The notes below the pieces were generated by a model. It ran no database searches. It worked only from the letters and a program-made list of their open reading frames with translations, and was not told where the DNA came from. Positions 1 through 9,748 of a stretch of 36,587 nucleotides of DNA are shown here, in pieces. Source of the stretch: Archaeoglobaceae archaeon (GTDB lineage Archaea > Halobacteriota > Archaeoglobi > Archaeoglobales > Archaeoglobaceae); NCBI GenBank assembly GCA_038893835.1, contig JAWAQR010000012.1, forward strand, positions 1 through 36,587. Reading direction: 5' to 3'. How positions within the stretch are numbered: the first letter of the stretch is position 1; the number at the start of each line of letters is the position of its first letter. A program made the translations under genes and the position numbers.

Positions 1-1
1 G

Positions 2-1459
2 ATGGATGGACTGGAAGAGAGGGGGCAAGTTATAGTAATAGCGGCAACGAATCGTCCAGATGCAATAGATCCAGCACTTCGCAGGCCTGGAAGGTTTGAT
101 AGAGAAATAGAGATAGGGGTTCCGGACAGGGAAGGAAGATTTGAGATTTTACAAATCCACACTAGAAACATGCCTTTGGAGCCAAAGTATCTAAGAGAAT
201 TTGCCTTAGAGGCTCTTTCAAGAGTTAAAAAGAACGTTGAAGATCCAAAAGTCGTAAAGGATATAGATTTCTTGATAGAGGAAGTTAAAAGGCTGGAAAG
301 GGAAGATGAGATAGAGAGGGCTATAAAGGCTATTCTGAACCAAGAGATCCTGAGCGAGGTTGAGGCAGAGATAATAAGGGCGATGCTGAAAAAGCTGGCA
401 GATCAAACTCATGGCTTTGTCGGTGCAGACATTGAGGCTCTCTGCAAAGAGGCTGCAATGAAGGCTTTGCGCAGATACTTGCCAAGCATAGACTTAGAGG
501 CGGAGGAAATTCCAGTGGAAATTCTAGAATCGATGCGAGTTAAATGGGAAGATTTCCTGGAAGCTTTGAAGGAGATAGAGCCATCTGCAATGAGAGAGGT
601 GCTTGTAGAGATTCCAAAAGTGACTTGGGATGACGTTGGGGGTCTTGAGGATGTGAAGAGGGAAATAATAGAGGCTGTTGAGTGGCCATTGAAGTATCCG
701 GAGAAGTTCAAGAAGTTTGGTATAAGGCCACCGAAAGGAGTTCTTCTTTATGGCCCTCCTGGGACAGGGAAGACTTTGATAGCGAAAGCGGTTGCGAATG
801 AGAGTGAGGCGAATTTCATAAGCATAAAAGGTGGAGAGTTGCTGAGCAAGTGGTTAGGAGAGAGTGAGAAAGCCGTGAGGAAGATATTCAGAAAGGCCAG
901 ACAAGTTGCGCCATGCATAATATTCTTCGACGAAATAGATGCGATTGCCCAGATGAGGGGAATGGATGAGGGAAGTAGAGCCGTGGAGAGAGTTCTGAAC
1001 CAGCTTTTAATAGAAATGGATGGACTTGAAGAGCTACATGGAGTCGTTGTTATTGGAGCAACAAACCGCCCAGATATCTTAGACCCAGCCCTTCTGAGGC
1101 CTGGGAGATTTGATAGACTTGTCTACGTAAGACCACCTGACAAAAAGAGCAGACTTGCCATCTTCAAGATTCATACGAGAAACATGCCTTTGGCGGAAGA
1201 CGTTAATCTTAACGAACTGGCAGAGATTACAGAGGGATATGTTGGAGCAGATATAGAGGCTATATGCAGGGAAGCTGTAATGTTAGCCTTGCGAGAGAAT
1301 CCGAATGCAGAAAAAGTTGAAATGAGACACTTCTATGAAGCGATAAAGAAGATAAAGCCAAGCGTAAGCGATGCAATGCTGAGCTTCTATGAAAGATTTG
1401 AAGAGAAAATAAGGACAGAAAAAGTCAAAGTTTCTGCAAAGCCTATAGGTTACGGTTGA
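2..1459 (+). CDS. cdc48: CDC48/VCP (VAT-like) AAA+ ATPase, 5'-truncated at the window edge
   Basis: End of D1 ([23 protein letters not shown]) and a full D2 (Walker A GPPGTGKT, Walker [12 protein letters not shown]). C-terminal GYG is an HbYX-like motif. D1 has a helical insertion. Confidence 0.95.
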   Translation: MDGLEERGQVIVIAATNRPDAIDPALRRPGRFDREIEIGVPDREGRFEILQIHTRNMPLEPKYLREFALEALSRVKKNVEDPKVVKDIDFLIEEVKRLEREDEIERAIKAILNQEILSEVEAEIIRAMLKKLADQTHGFVGADIEALCKEAAMKALRRYLPSIDLEAEEIPVEILESMRVKWEDFLEALKEIEPSAMREVLVEIPKVTWDDVGGLEDVKREIIEAVEWPLKYPEKFKKFGIRPPKGVLLYGPPGTGKTLIAKAVANESEANFISIKGGELLSKWLGESEKAVRKIFRKARQVAPCIIFFDEIDAIAQMRGMDEGSRAVERVLNQLLIEMDGLEELHGVVVIGATNRPDILDPALLRPGRFDRLVYVRPPDKKSRLAIFKIHTRNMPLAEDVNLNELAEITEGYVGADIEAICREAVMLALRENPNAEKVEMRHFYEAIKKIKPSVSDAMLSFYERFEEKIRTEKVKVSAKPIGYG

Positions 1460-2474
1460 TTTCGAAGAAGAGATCTCTTCTTTCCAAAACTTTTTTCATA
1501 ACTTCTTCATAACTTCCACTAGCTAGTATTGAAACGAGAGGTTCACCCTTTTTATAAAAACCATAAGGTATGTCCGCATAGAAAGGATTTCCTGTCAAAT
1601 CCTTTTTCACAATCATATCTTCTTTTGCAAAAAGCACCGCTCTGATCGCAAATCTTCTAAACTTGGGCTTCTCAACTCTTTTACCCTCAAAAGCCATGAC
1701 GTGCATCGAAAAAATGTTCACATCACAACTCCATTCAACGCTATCCAGCGATCCCTGAAATCTTGGATTCAGCTCCAAAACGTATGGTTTATCTCCAAGT
1801 ATAAAATCTACACCTATAGATCCTTTTACTTCAAAAAGCTGAACTGTTTCGATTGCAATTTTTTCCATTTCCTTTCTTTTTTCCTCATCTATCTTCAAAG
1901 GTGTCAGATTACCACTATATCTGAAAGCTTCGGCATTCATTTCCTTCCAGCCTGAAAAAATTAAATTACAGGCAATTGGAAGAATCTCTTTTCCTGAAAT
2001 CAGTGAAACGCTGCAAGGAATCCCCTCTATAAATCTCTGAAGTATATAGCCATCCTCAGCTTTTTCCGCAAACTTTATACCCTCCCCACCACCCCCAAAC
2101 CTGGGTTTTGCTATCGTTTTCCCTTCAGGCTCCTTCATGAGTTCAGGATGTGGAATTCCGGCTCTCTCCAAGGTTTTGTAAAACTTAAGCTTATCGACGA
2201 TTTTTTTGCTAACTTTTGGATCGTTGCAAAGCAGTTCTGCATTTACTTCCATCGTTTCTGCATTGGAGCAAAGGACTACTTTTGCATTCATTTCCTCCGC
2301 AACTTTTTTTGCTAATTCTCTGCAATCTTCTCTCATTTCATAAATTCTTTCACAGTAAATCTTCAAATCAAGATCAGGATATTTCGTGATCGCATAAACC
2401 CTGTATCCAGCCTTCCTTGCAGATTCAGCCACGTTTCTGACGTTAGTACCTATCAATAGCACCTTCTCAGACAT
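1443..2474 (-). CDS. ATP-grasp domain protein (putative carboxylate-amine ligase)
   Basis: [21 protein letters not shown] and ELNPRFQG motifs of the ATP-grasp fold. Overlaps the end of cofE. Confidence 0.85.
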   Translation of the reverse strand: MSEKVLLIGTNVRNVAESARKAGYRVYAITKYPDLDLKIYCERIYEMREDCRELAKKVAEEMNAKVVLCSNAETMEVNAELLCNDPKVSKKIVDKLKFYKTLERAGIPHPELMKEPEGKTIAKPRFGGGGEGIKFAEKAEDGYILQRFIEGIPCSVSLISGKEILPIACNLIFSGWKEMNAEAFRYSGNLTPLKIDEEKRKEMEKIAIETVQLFEVKGSIGVDFILGDKPYVLELNPRFQGSLDSVEWSCDVNIFSMHVMAFEGKRVEKPKFRRFAIRAVLFAKEDMIVKKDLTGNPFYADIPYGFYKKGEPLVSILASGSYEEVMKKVLERRDLFFEINRNL

Positions 2475-3205
2475 CTCCTAATTACATCTTCCTCCTCGCT
2501 CCTGTATATTTCCCTGGCGCTCCCCTCACCCAAAACGTTCAGTCCTCTAAATATCACAGCCGGAATACCATCTCCAGCTTCACCCATGAGCAAATTGGCA
2601 AATCCAGCAATCTCGTCTGCAATGCATTCAACCGTAACTTCCAATTTGTTCCCATAAAGATCCTCTTCCCCTCTCCAATCCCTCATCGCATGAACGCCTG
2701 AAATTCCCATCGCTATTCCAACGACACCCTTTCTAAAGCATCTTCCATTAGTATCTGTAACGATCACTCCAACTTTCTTACCCATTTTTTCGAATTCCTT
2801 CCTAATTCTTTCAGCACTTTTGTCCGGATCTATAGGAGGAAGTATGATTTTCCCTTTTTCTACGTTAGAAGCATCTATACCCGCATTTACGCAGATGTTT
2901 CCATACTTTGCTTTCACGAGTAAAAAGGGTTCCTTAACAAGTATTTCCTCACTTTCTTCCAGCACAGCCTGGATGAACTCTGGTGGTTTCGATATCTTTT
3001 TACTGAGCTCAATTGCCATCTCGCTCGGCTTGTATTCAGATAAATTCCTGACTCTTCCCTCAGATTTCGATACGATCGTTGAGCAAATCACGATTATGTC
3101 ACCATCCTTTACCTCAACTTTTTCAGCTATTAACTTCGCTATATTATCCCCTTCCTTTATTATCGGCAGTCCTTTCACTGGAATTATCTCAAGCTTTCCT
3201 AGCAA
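2453..3205 (-). CDS. cofE: Coenzyme F420-0:L-glutamate ligase
   Basis: GLPIIKEGD, STIVSKSEG, NAGIDASN, TDTNGR and ADEIA motifs. Start re-assigned to TTG at 3205 (250 aa) because the ORF-track extension lies inside alaS. Confidence 0.9.
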   Translation of the reverse strand: MLGKLEIIPVKGLPIIKEGDNIAKLIAEKVEVKDGDIIVICSTIVSKSEGRVRNLSEYKPSEMAIELSKKISKPPEFIQAVLEESEEILVKEPFLLVKAKYGNICVNAGIDASNVEKGKIILPPIDPDKSAERIRKEFEKMGKKVGVIVTDTNGRCFRKGVVGIAMGISGVHAMRDWRGEEDLYGNKLEVTVECIADEIAGFANLLMGEAGDGIPAVIFRGLNVLGEGSAREIYRSEEEDVIRRCLRRCY

Positions 3206-5879
3206 GATATTCGAAGAGGATACGAAGAATTTCTTCTCTGCTTGGTAAAACTGCAACTGCTCCTTGGGCAAGCTCTTTTTTTCCTCCTCCACTTCCTTTT
3301 GCATATTTACCAATCACCTTCATTATCTCTCTTGCATCATAATCCTTCCCAGCAAAAGTTACAACCAAAACCTTCCCTTCACTTTTCGCCATCAAACAAC
3401 CCACTGCCCCTTTCTTCGCAAGATAATCCCCAAGCTTCAGCAATTCACTCATATCTGCACTGAGAATTTCAGCAACTACTTTGATCGAATTGAAATCTTC
3501 AGCATTGCTTATAAGAATCTCTCCTTTAACTCTAGCTAGCTCTTCTTTCAGTCTTTCAATCTCCTTCCTCTGCTCCTTCCATTCTTCAAAAAATCTCTCC
3601 ACGGTCTTTGGCAAAACCTTCGGCTCAACTCTTAAAATTCTGCTCGATTCCTTTAAAATAGACTCCATCCTTGATATCGCTTCTAATGCTGCCTCTGCAA
3701 CTGCAAATTCGAATCTTATGACCCCGTCTTGAATTGCATCAGCGCTTAGAATCTTTATCAAACCTATTTCACCTGTGCTTGAACAATGAGTGCCCCCACA
3801 AGCCTGAACGTCATCACCGACTTTTACAATCCTTATTTCCTTCCCTGGAGGTACTCCACCCTGATAAAGTCGAAAGCCAAACTTTCTTTCTGCCTCTATT
3901 CTATCCATCCAGAACCATTCGATTTTCTTGTTTGCAAATACTTCCTTGTTCACGAGCATTTCGATTTTCTTAACCTCTTCCTCACTCAACTTTTTGTAAT
4001 GTGTTACATCCAACCTCGCTTTCTCAGCCTCCTTTTTCGCTCCAGCTTGCCATATATGCTTTCCATATACTTTCTGTAATGTATAAAGGAGGAGATGAGT
4101 TGCAGAGTGATGTCTCATGTGTCTTAACCTTTTTTCAGCATCTATTACTCCAACAACTTCTCCAGAAATTTCTCTAGCATTTTCCAACTTATGCAAAACG
4201 ACTCCATCAACTTCAAGAACCTTCGAAACTAAGAACTTCTCACCGTTCAAAATTATGTACCCCGTATCGCTATCCTGTCCCCCGCTTTCTGGATAAAAAG
4301 CGGTTTTGTCCAAAATCAGATATCCATTTTCAAATCCAAGCACTTTTGCAGAGAATTCAAACATCTTTGGATTGTCATAATACAGTTTTAAAGTTTTTGG
4401 ATAGCTTCCCTTAAGCTTGATTGCATCCTTTCCCTCTTTCACAGTTTTAGAATGAATTCGAGCGAGTTCGCTGTAGATGTCTGTAAATTCAACCTCTACA
4501 CCTCTCTCTTTTGCTATCTTTGAAACCAGTTCAGCCGGAAGACCATGAGATTCATAGAATTCAATCAAATCATCTTTCGTAACTTTCCTCTTTTTCTCAA
4601 CAGTTCTCTCCACTATTTTTATTCCCTTTTCTATACTTGACCTAAATCTCTCCTTTTCAATTTCTAGTATCTCATATATCGTTTCAAGAGGTATTTCAAA
4701 TTCAATTCCAAGCGTCTTTTTATGCAATTCTACGAGATCAAAAAGGTCGCAATCCAGTTGTAATTCTTCAGCAAGTCTCAAAGATCTCCTTATCATCAAC
4801 CTTGCAAGATAACCTGCTCCAGCATTTGATGGCACAAGACCATCGCCAAGCATGAAGAGAATACATCTCGTATGATCTGCCAACGCATATATTTTTGCAA
4901 CAGATTCTATGATCTTCCCAACTTCTCCGCTGTCCATTTCAAACTTCTTTGCAACTTCGATTGGCAGCAGATCTTTAGAAATTCCAGTTCCAGCCAACCT
5001 TGATGCTTCAGAAATTATCTTCTTCAAATCCCTATTCCTCAAATTTTTCAGTCCGCTAGATTCGTAAATTCTATCCAAAACTTTTTCAAAAATGGCATCG
5101 TAAACTGTTGGACTTCCTTTACTCATCCAGACAAATCTCTCAAGTCCATAACCAGTATCTACGATGTAATTTTTCATCTTCCTATACCTTTCTCCCTTTA
5201 TCACTATATCCCCATCCTCACTAGCCTCCAAGTTCATGAAGACGAGTGTGGCAACTTCAAGACCACGAACTATAGCTTCTAAACATGGTCCAGCATTACC
5301 TCCACCAGCCCAAGGTTCCTCTTTGTAAACTATCTCCTCCTTTTTAACTCCAAGTTTTTCCAGCAACTCCGTGCAGTATGCAACGGTTTCATTCTTCCAG
5401 TATATCTCCTTTCCCGGATAATTGAACGCATGATGTGCCATCATTTCGAAAAGAGTTAAATGCCTCCCCGTCCTTCCAACGCTTTCTAAGTCATCCAACC
5501 TTATACAAGGTTGGGATATCGTGAGAGGATTTGCTGGAGGAGGAGAGATGCCGGAAGTTACAAAAGGCTGAAAGTCGGCAATGCTGGCAATCGTTAAATA
5601 TATATCATCCCTCCATCTAGCAACGACTGGATATCTTTCAATTCTCTTATGCCCCCTCTCCTCAAAGAAACGGAGATAAAATTCCCTCATTTCAGAAATA
5701 TCAAAACTCCTTTTAAACGGTGAATTATTTATAAAATTATAACTCCCACATGGAGGGTCACCACAGATTTCTCTTTCACTCACAGTCCAAAAGTATTTTC
5801 CGCAAATCGGACACTTCTTTCTAACAAATCCATTTTCCTTTAGAAATGATATGTCCAAGTATTCCTTCTCGAATGTCAT
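3189..5879 (-). CDS. alaS: Alanine--tRNA ligase (archaeal type)
   Basis: N-terminal Zn ribbon, ASIADFQP, DTGYGLERF, editing motifs HSATH and CGGTHC, C-terminal GSGGG. Confidence 0.97.
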   Translation of the reverse strand: MTFEKEYLDISFLKENGFVRKKCPICGKYFWTVSEREICGDPPCGSYNFINNSPFKRSFDISEMREFYLRFFEERGHKRIERYPVVARWRDDIYLTIASIADFQPFVTSGISPPPANPLTISQPCIRLDDLESVGRTGRHLTLFEMMAHHAFNYPGKEIYWKNETVAYCTELLEKLGVKKEEIVYKEEPWAGGGNAGPCLEAIVRGLEVATLVFMNLEASEDGDIVIKGERYRKMKNYIVDTGYGLERFVWMSKGSPTVYDAIFEKVLDRIYESSGLKNLRNRDLKKIISEASRLAGTGISKDLLPIEVAKKFEMDSGEVGKIIESVAKIYALADHTRCILFMLGDGLVPSNAGAGYLARLMIRRSLRLAEELQLDCDLFDLVELHKKTLGIEFEIPLETIYEILEIEKERFRSSIEKGIKIVERTVEKKRKVTKDDLIEFYESHGLPAELVSKIAKERGVEVEFTDIYSELARIHSKTVKEGKDAIKLKGSYPKTLKLYYDNPKMFEFSAKVLGFENGYLILDKTAFYPESGGQDSDTGYIILNGEKFLVSKVLEVDGVVLHKLENAREISGEVVGVIDAEKRLRHMRHHSATHLLLYTLQKVYGKHIWQAGAKKEAEKARLDVTHYKKLSEEEVKKIEMLVNKEVFANKKIEWFWMDRIEAERKFGFRLYQGGVPPGKEIRIVKVGDDVQACGGTHCSSTGEIGLIKILSADAIQDGVIRFEFAVAEAALEAISRMESILKESSRILRVEPKVLPKTVERFFEEWKEQRKEIERLKEELARVKGEILISNAEDFNSIKVVAEILSADMSELLKLGDYLAKKGAVGCLMAKSEGKVLVVTFAGKDYDAREIMKVIGKYAKGSGGGKKELAQGAVAVLPSREEILRILFEYLARKA

Positions 5880-5899
5880 TGAGTTTTGTTAAGCTCTCG

Positions 5900-5907
5900 A
5901 TATATAT
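5900..5907 (-). promoter_or_regulatory. TATA box for a probably leaderless alaS-cofE-ATP-grasp transcript
   Basis: ATATATAT just over 20 nt upstream of the alaS ATG, with no SD site. Confidence 0.55.
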
Positions 5908-6025
5908 CTTTCACGCAACGAGCCCTAACTTAATGTGATCTTTTTTAATGCCGTAAATCGATGTATGGGACTCTAAAAACCGCAAATTATTTATGTAAAG
6001 GGTAGAAGTAAAGAGGGGTGATCCG

Positions 6026-6373
6026 ATGCCAGAACTAGAGGTAAAGGGTAAAAAGCTTAGGCTAGATGAAGATGGCTTCTTGCAGGATTGGGAGCAGTGG
6101 GATGAGGAAGTTGCCCAAGCTTTGGCGGCAGATACAAGATTTAGCCCCGCACCGATACAGCTGACTGAGGAGCACTGGAAGATTATAAGATATCTTAGAG
6201 ACTACTTCATAAAATATGGTGTAGCACCGCCAATTAGGATGCTCGTAAAGCAAGCGAAAAAAGATATAGGACCACACGTCGATTTGCAGTACATTTACAA
6301 ACTATTCCCGCAAGGCCCAGCAAAGGATGCGTGCAGAATTGCTGGCCTGCCCAAACCCACTGGTTGCGTCTAA
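6026..6373 (+). CDS. dsrC: DsrC sulfur-relay protein (TusE/DsrC family)
   Basis: LDEDGFL..W, LTEEHW, LFPQGP and C-terminal CRIAGLPKPTGCV with both cysteines (CX10C). SD GGGGTGA upstream and a T-tract after the stop. Confidence 0.92.
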   Translation: MPELEVKGKKLRLDEDGFLQDWEQWDEEVAQALAADTRFSPAPIQLTEEHWKIIRYLRDYFIKYGVAPPIRMLVKQAKKDIGPHVDLQYIYKLFPQGPAKDACRIAGLPKPTGCV

Positions 6374-6396
6374 TTTTTTAATCTTTAGTTTTAAAA

Positions 6397-6927
6397 ATGC
6401 TTACAGATTCGTTAATAAGGAGATTAATAGAAGTTGGTTCGCTTAAATTTGGAGATTTTGTTCTTTCTTCTGGGAAAAGAAGTAACGTTTACGTCGATAT
6501 AAAGCTGGCAAGCACGTATCCAGATATTTTAGACATGATCGCAACTGCAATTGCAGAGAGGTTAAAGGATTTGAAGTTCGACAAAATAGCATGTATAGAA
6601 CTTGGAGGGGTGCCAATAGCAATTGCTCTATCCTTGAAGGTTAAAAAACCTGTTGTAATATTTAGAAAAGAAAAAAAAGGTTATGGACTTGGAGAAGATA
6701 CTATCGGAGAGCTAAAAAACGGAGAAAAAGTTGTTATCGTTGAAGATGTTGTGACAACCGGCAAATCCGCTCTCTCTGTTGCTGAGAGGGTAAAGCAAAG
6801 AGGAGGAGAAGTTGTGAAGATTTTCGCAGTTGTAGACAGAGGGGAGTCTAGCATAGAATTTGAGAGTGTTCTCAAGCTTGAAGATTTAATAAAAACTAAG
6901 AATCTCCTGGACTCTTCCAAAGCCTAA
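6397..6927 (+). CDS. pyrE: Orotate phosphoribosyltransferase
   Basis: FGDFVLSSGKRSNVYVD, RKEKKGYG and the PRPP-binding motif VEDVVTTGKS. Confidence 0.95.
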   Translation: MLTDSLIRRLIEVGSLKFGDFVLSSGKRSNVYVDIKLASTYPDILDMIATAIAERLKDLKFDKIACIELGGVPIAIALSLKVKKPVVIFRKEKKGYGLGEDTIGELKNGEKVVIVEDVVTTGKSALSVAERVKQRGGEVVKIFAVVDRGESSIEFESVLKLEDLIKTKNLLDSSKA

Positions 6928-7812
6928 TTCTTTGATTTCCCTTTCCAAATCCTCGATTTCAACGTCGAATCTGTAGTTTGGAAGGGATTTTTTTATAAGT
7001 TTCTCCGGCATTCCTATCAATTCAGCTAGCTTTTTTACCCCTTTACTCGGCAAAGTTTTATCGTAATGTTTTAGGAATTCTTCAAAGAGTTCATGATTTG
7101 TCGCCAAAAAATCCTCATTCACGGCTAAGGAGCAGCAGATAAAATCCCCCAATACATCGTTAAAGCGTTCCACTCTTTCAAACATTGAAAGATAAGGCTC
7201 CCATATCGCTATTCCCTTCAATCCCTGAATCCTTTCTATCATCTCCTCTGGACTGTCGAAGAAAAAGATCTCTCCCTTTAAACCCTTAACCTTCAGATAC
7301 TTCCTCAATATCCTTTCCATCGTTGAAAACTCCGAGCAACCAAAGCCTTTGCCATCTGAAATCGCAACACCGCTTCCGTTCATCGCTACTACTCTGAAAA
7401 TCTTTATGTTTTTCATAAGAACTCCAAAAAAAGTCTGAGTGATGAAGGGAGAAGCTAAAACGTCCACAACTCCATGTACGAGATCTCTTGTCGCCTCAAT
7501 TCCATTTCTGTAAACTTTAAAAATGGCCTCAACTTTCTCTCCAGCACCAACTATGCGCGCGTATTCACTGGCTTTAAGTATACCGATTCTCAAAATCCCC
7601 TTTATTGCTCCAGGATGATATTTCAAGAGCCAGACATGATAACTCTTTTGCGAAACTTCCCTTCTAACAACGATTCTCTTTTCTTCCAATTTCGATAGTA
7701 TTTCTGAGACTGTTGATTTTGACAAATTCAGCTTCCTGACAATTTCACTCTGTGGAACTCCTTTCTCCCTTGCCGCTTCAAGCAGCGATAATATCCTTTC
7801 TTCAGCCCTCAT
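6886..7812 (-). CDS. Winged-HTH (MarR-like) regulator fused to a solute-binding-like (NMT1/TauA-type) domain
   Basis: N-terminal QSEIVRKLNLSKSTVSEILSKLEEK HTH. C-terminal domain has LRIG, AIWEPY and CCSLAVNEDF, typical of TauA-like binding folds. No signal peptide. Confidence 0.7.
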   Translation of the reverse strand: MRAEERILSLLEAAREKGVPQSEIVRKLNLSKSTVSEILSKLEEKRIVVRREVSQKSYHVWLLKYHPGAIKGILRIGILKASEYARIVGAGEKVEAIFKVYRNGIEATRDLVHGVVDVLASPFITQTFFGVLMKNIKIFRVVAMNGSGVAISDGKGFGCSEFSTMERILRKYLKVKGLKGEIFFFDSPEEMIERIQGLKGIAIWEPYLSMFERVERFNDVLGDFICCSLAVNEDFLATNHELFEEFLKHYDKTLPSKGVKKLAELIGMPEKLIKKSLPNYRFDVEIEDLEREIKELGFGRVQEILSFY

Positions 7813-9140
7813 TTTAGAACGTTAAGGACCCATTCTACAACCCTCTCTACTCTTTCAACTGCAGTCCCCAAGTAATTCTCAGGTCTAAGGATCTCAACTA
7901 GCTCTTCTTTTGTGAAGAACTTCAATATTTCCTCCTCTTTCAATAATTCCTCAAGTAAACTCGTTCCGTTTGCATAGGCTCTAAGGGAAACTTTTCTCAG
8001 AATTTCATGTGCCACTTGCCTGTCAACGCCCTTTTTCGTGAGCGCAATCATTACAGCTTCGCTCATGTTTAGCCCCCTTTGCATCTCCAAGTTTTTCTTA
8101 ACGTTCTCAACGTCTATGGTGATTCCGCTCACGACCTTTATCATCTTCGTAAGAATATGGTCTGCAAGTATTGTCGCTTCAGGTAGCGTTATTCGCTCAG
8201 CTGAAGAATTTGTAAGATCCCTTTCCTCCCAAAGAATTGCTGACTGGTGCTGCGGCTCTACAAATGCTCTAACTATCCTCGCAAGACCACAGATATTTTC
8301 GCTGTCTATGGGGTTTCTCTTGTGAGGCATTGTTGAGCTGCCAACCTGTTTTGTCTCAAATTTTTCCATCAATTCTCCAACTTCACTTCTCTGAAGAATT
8401 CTGAAGTTTAAAGCTATTTTTTCCAGAGTTGTTGCGAGATTTGCGAGGAACTCCAAGTACTCACAGTATACGTCTCTAGGTATTATCTGCGAAGAAATTA
8501 TAGCCGGTTTCAAATTCAGCAATCTCATTACCTCATTTTCAATTTCAAAACCATCTTTTCCAAACGCAGCCTGTGTTCCAACAGCACCGCTCATCTTCCC
8601 AACCAAAAGTCTTTCCTTCATTTGCTGAAGCCTTATGTAATGTCTCGCAATTTCAGATGCCCAGATGGCAAATCTGAAGCCATAAGTTGTTGGAAGTGCG
8701 GCTTGACCATGAGTTCTGCCAAGACAAACTACGTTTTTGAATTCAATCGCTTTTTCAGCCAGAACTTTTCCAAGCTTTTTTATTTTTTCCTCTAAAATTA
8801 AAACGCTATCCCTCAGCTGCGTTGCGGTTGCTGTATCGATTATATCATTCGATGTCGCACCGAAGTGAATCCACCTGCAGTCAGAAACTTCGCTCATAGC
8901 CTTTACTAAAGCCATTATATCATGCCTGATCTCTTCCTCTATTTCCTTAACTCTCTCAACTTTTATCTTCAAAGCTCTTTCACGAACCTTTCTAACTTCC
9001 TCCTCACTCAAATAACCGATCTTTGCAAGCGCTTTTAATAGGGCTATCTCAACACGGATCATTCTTTTTATTTTACTCTCCTCACTCCAGATTCTCTTCA
9101 TCTCCTTTGTTCCATATCGGTATTCTATCGGATGAATCAT
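7809..9140 (-). CDS. purB: Adenylosuccinate lyase
   Basis: HFGATSND, GRTHGQ and the GSSTMPHKRNP signature. Confidence 0.97.
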   Translation of the reverse strand: MIHPIEYRYGTKEMKRIWSEESKIKRMIRVEIALLKALAKIGYLSEEEVRKVRERALKIKVERVKEIEEEIRHDIMALVKAMSEVSDCRWIHFGATSNDIIDTATATQLRDSVLILEEKIKKLGKVLAEKAIEFKNVVCLGRTHGQAALPTTYGFRFAIWASEIARHYIRLQQMKERLLVGKMSGAVGTQAAFGKDGFEIENEVMRLLNLKPAIISSQIIPRDVYCEYLEFLANLATTLEKIALNFRILQRSEVGELMEKFETKQVGSSTMPHKRNPIDSENICGLARIVRAFVEPQHQSAILWEERDLTNSSAERITLPEATILADHILTKMIKVVSGITIDVENVKKNLEMQRGLNMSEAVMIALTKKGVDRQVAHEILRKVSLRAYANGTSLLEELLKEEEILKFFTKEELVEILRPENYLGTAVERVERVVEWVLNVLK

Positions 9141-9149
9141 GCCTCAATT

Positions 9150-9659
9150 TCAACTCAACTTTAAAACTTTTTTACCCCTCTCACAGGGAATTATCTTCAT
9201 CTTAGCGTTATCGAATTCGATCGTGAAAACCTTGTTCAAAAGTCTGTCCAAAAAAACTGCTAATGCAGCAACTTCGCTATGCGGCTGTAATCCTATGGAA
9301 ATATTTAAATCGCAAAGCTCGTAAACTTCCCTTGGCACCTTTTCAGCTCCAACGACTACCAAAACTTTCTCAGCTTTTCTTATCTCTTCAATTCTTTCCG
9401 GAAGAGGTATTCCGTACATCGTCAAATGAACTTTCAAACCTGGAAAAGTTCGAAGAAATTTCCTCCATTCCACAGTTTCTATAAAGAAATCTCCCCCCCA
9501 GTTTTCAACCACTTTTTTAACACTTTCAAACAGGCTTTTGTCGAATTTGTCGAAGTAAATACCTTTAGCACCAAAAGCTCTCGCTGTTAGAGCAACATGA
9601 GTGGATATGCGCTGATCTCTGCTAATTCTATGCCCAAGACGAAGGACATAGACTTCCAC
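9150..9659 (-). CDS. trm56: tRNA (cytidine(56)-2'-O)-methyltransferase aTrm56
   Basis: [38 protein letters not shown] and [14 protein letters not shown]. Start set at GTG 9659 behind SD AGGAGTGA. Confidence 0.93.
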   Translation of the reverse strand: MEVYVLRLGHRISRDQRISTHVALTARAFGAKGIYFDKFDKSLFESVKKVVENWGGDFFIETVEWRKFLRTFPGLKVHLTMYGIPLPERIEEIRKAEKVLVVVGAEKVPREVYELCDLNISIGLQPHSEVAALAVFLDRLLNKVFTIEFDNAKMKIIPCERGKKVLKLS

Positions 9660-9748
9660 ATTATCACTCCTCTTTAAAATTTTTGGTTTATCCTTCGTTA
9701 GAGAAAAGCGCAAAATGGTTAAATAGAAATTATATTTAAAGATGAAGT

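Noticed and set aside
179-385. Possible intein in CDC48
   Set aside because: Too short, with no Cys/Ser N-terminus or His-Asn C-terminus, and not at the Walker A site. It reads as a plain helical insertion.
164-1193. 16-nt direct repeat AGAAACATGCCTTTGG (164-179 and 1178-1193)
   Set aside because: It encodes the equivalent RNMPL motif in the duplicated D1 and D2 domains and is not a mobile-element or CRISPR repeat.
3206-3313. Long N-terminal extensions in the ORF track (cofE; likewise trm56, hisB, rps13, rpl40e, rpl18)
   Set aside because: These are longest-ORF artefacts overlapping neighbouring genes or promoters. Family homology begins at the downstream starts given.
6886-6927. Convergent gene overlaps (also 1443-1459, 18209-18241, 29261-29311) as antisense regulation
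   Set aside because: Short 3' overlaps are common in compact archaeal genomes and nothing else supports a regulatory role.
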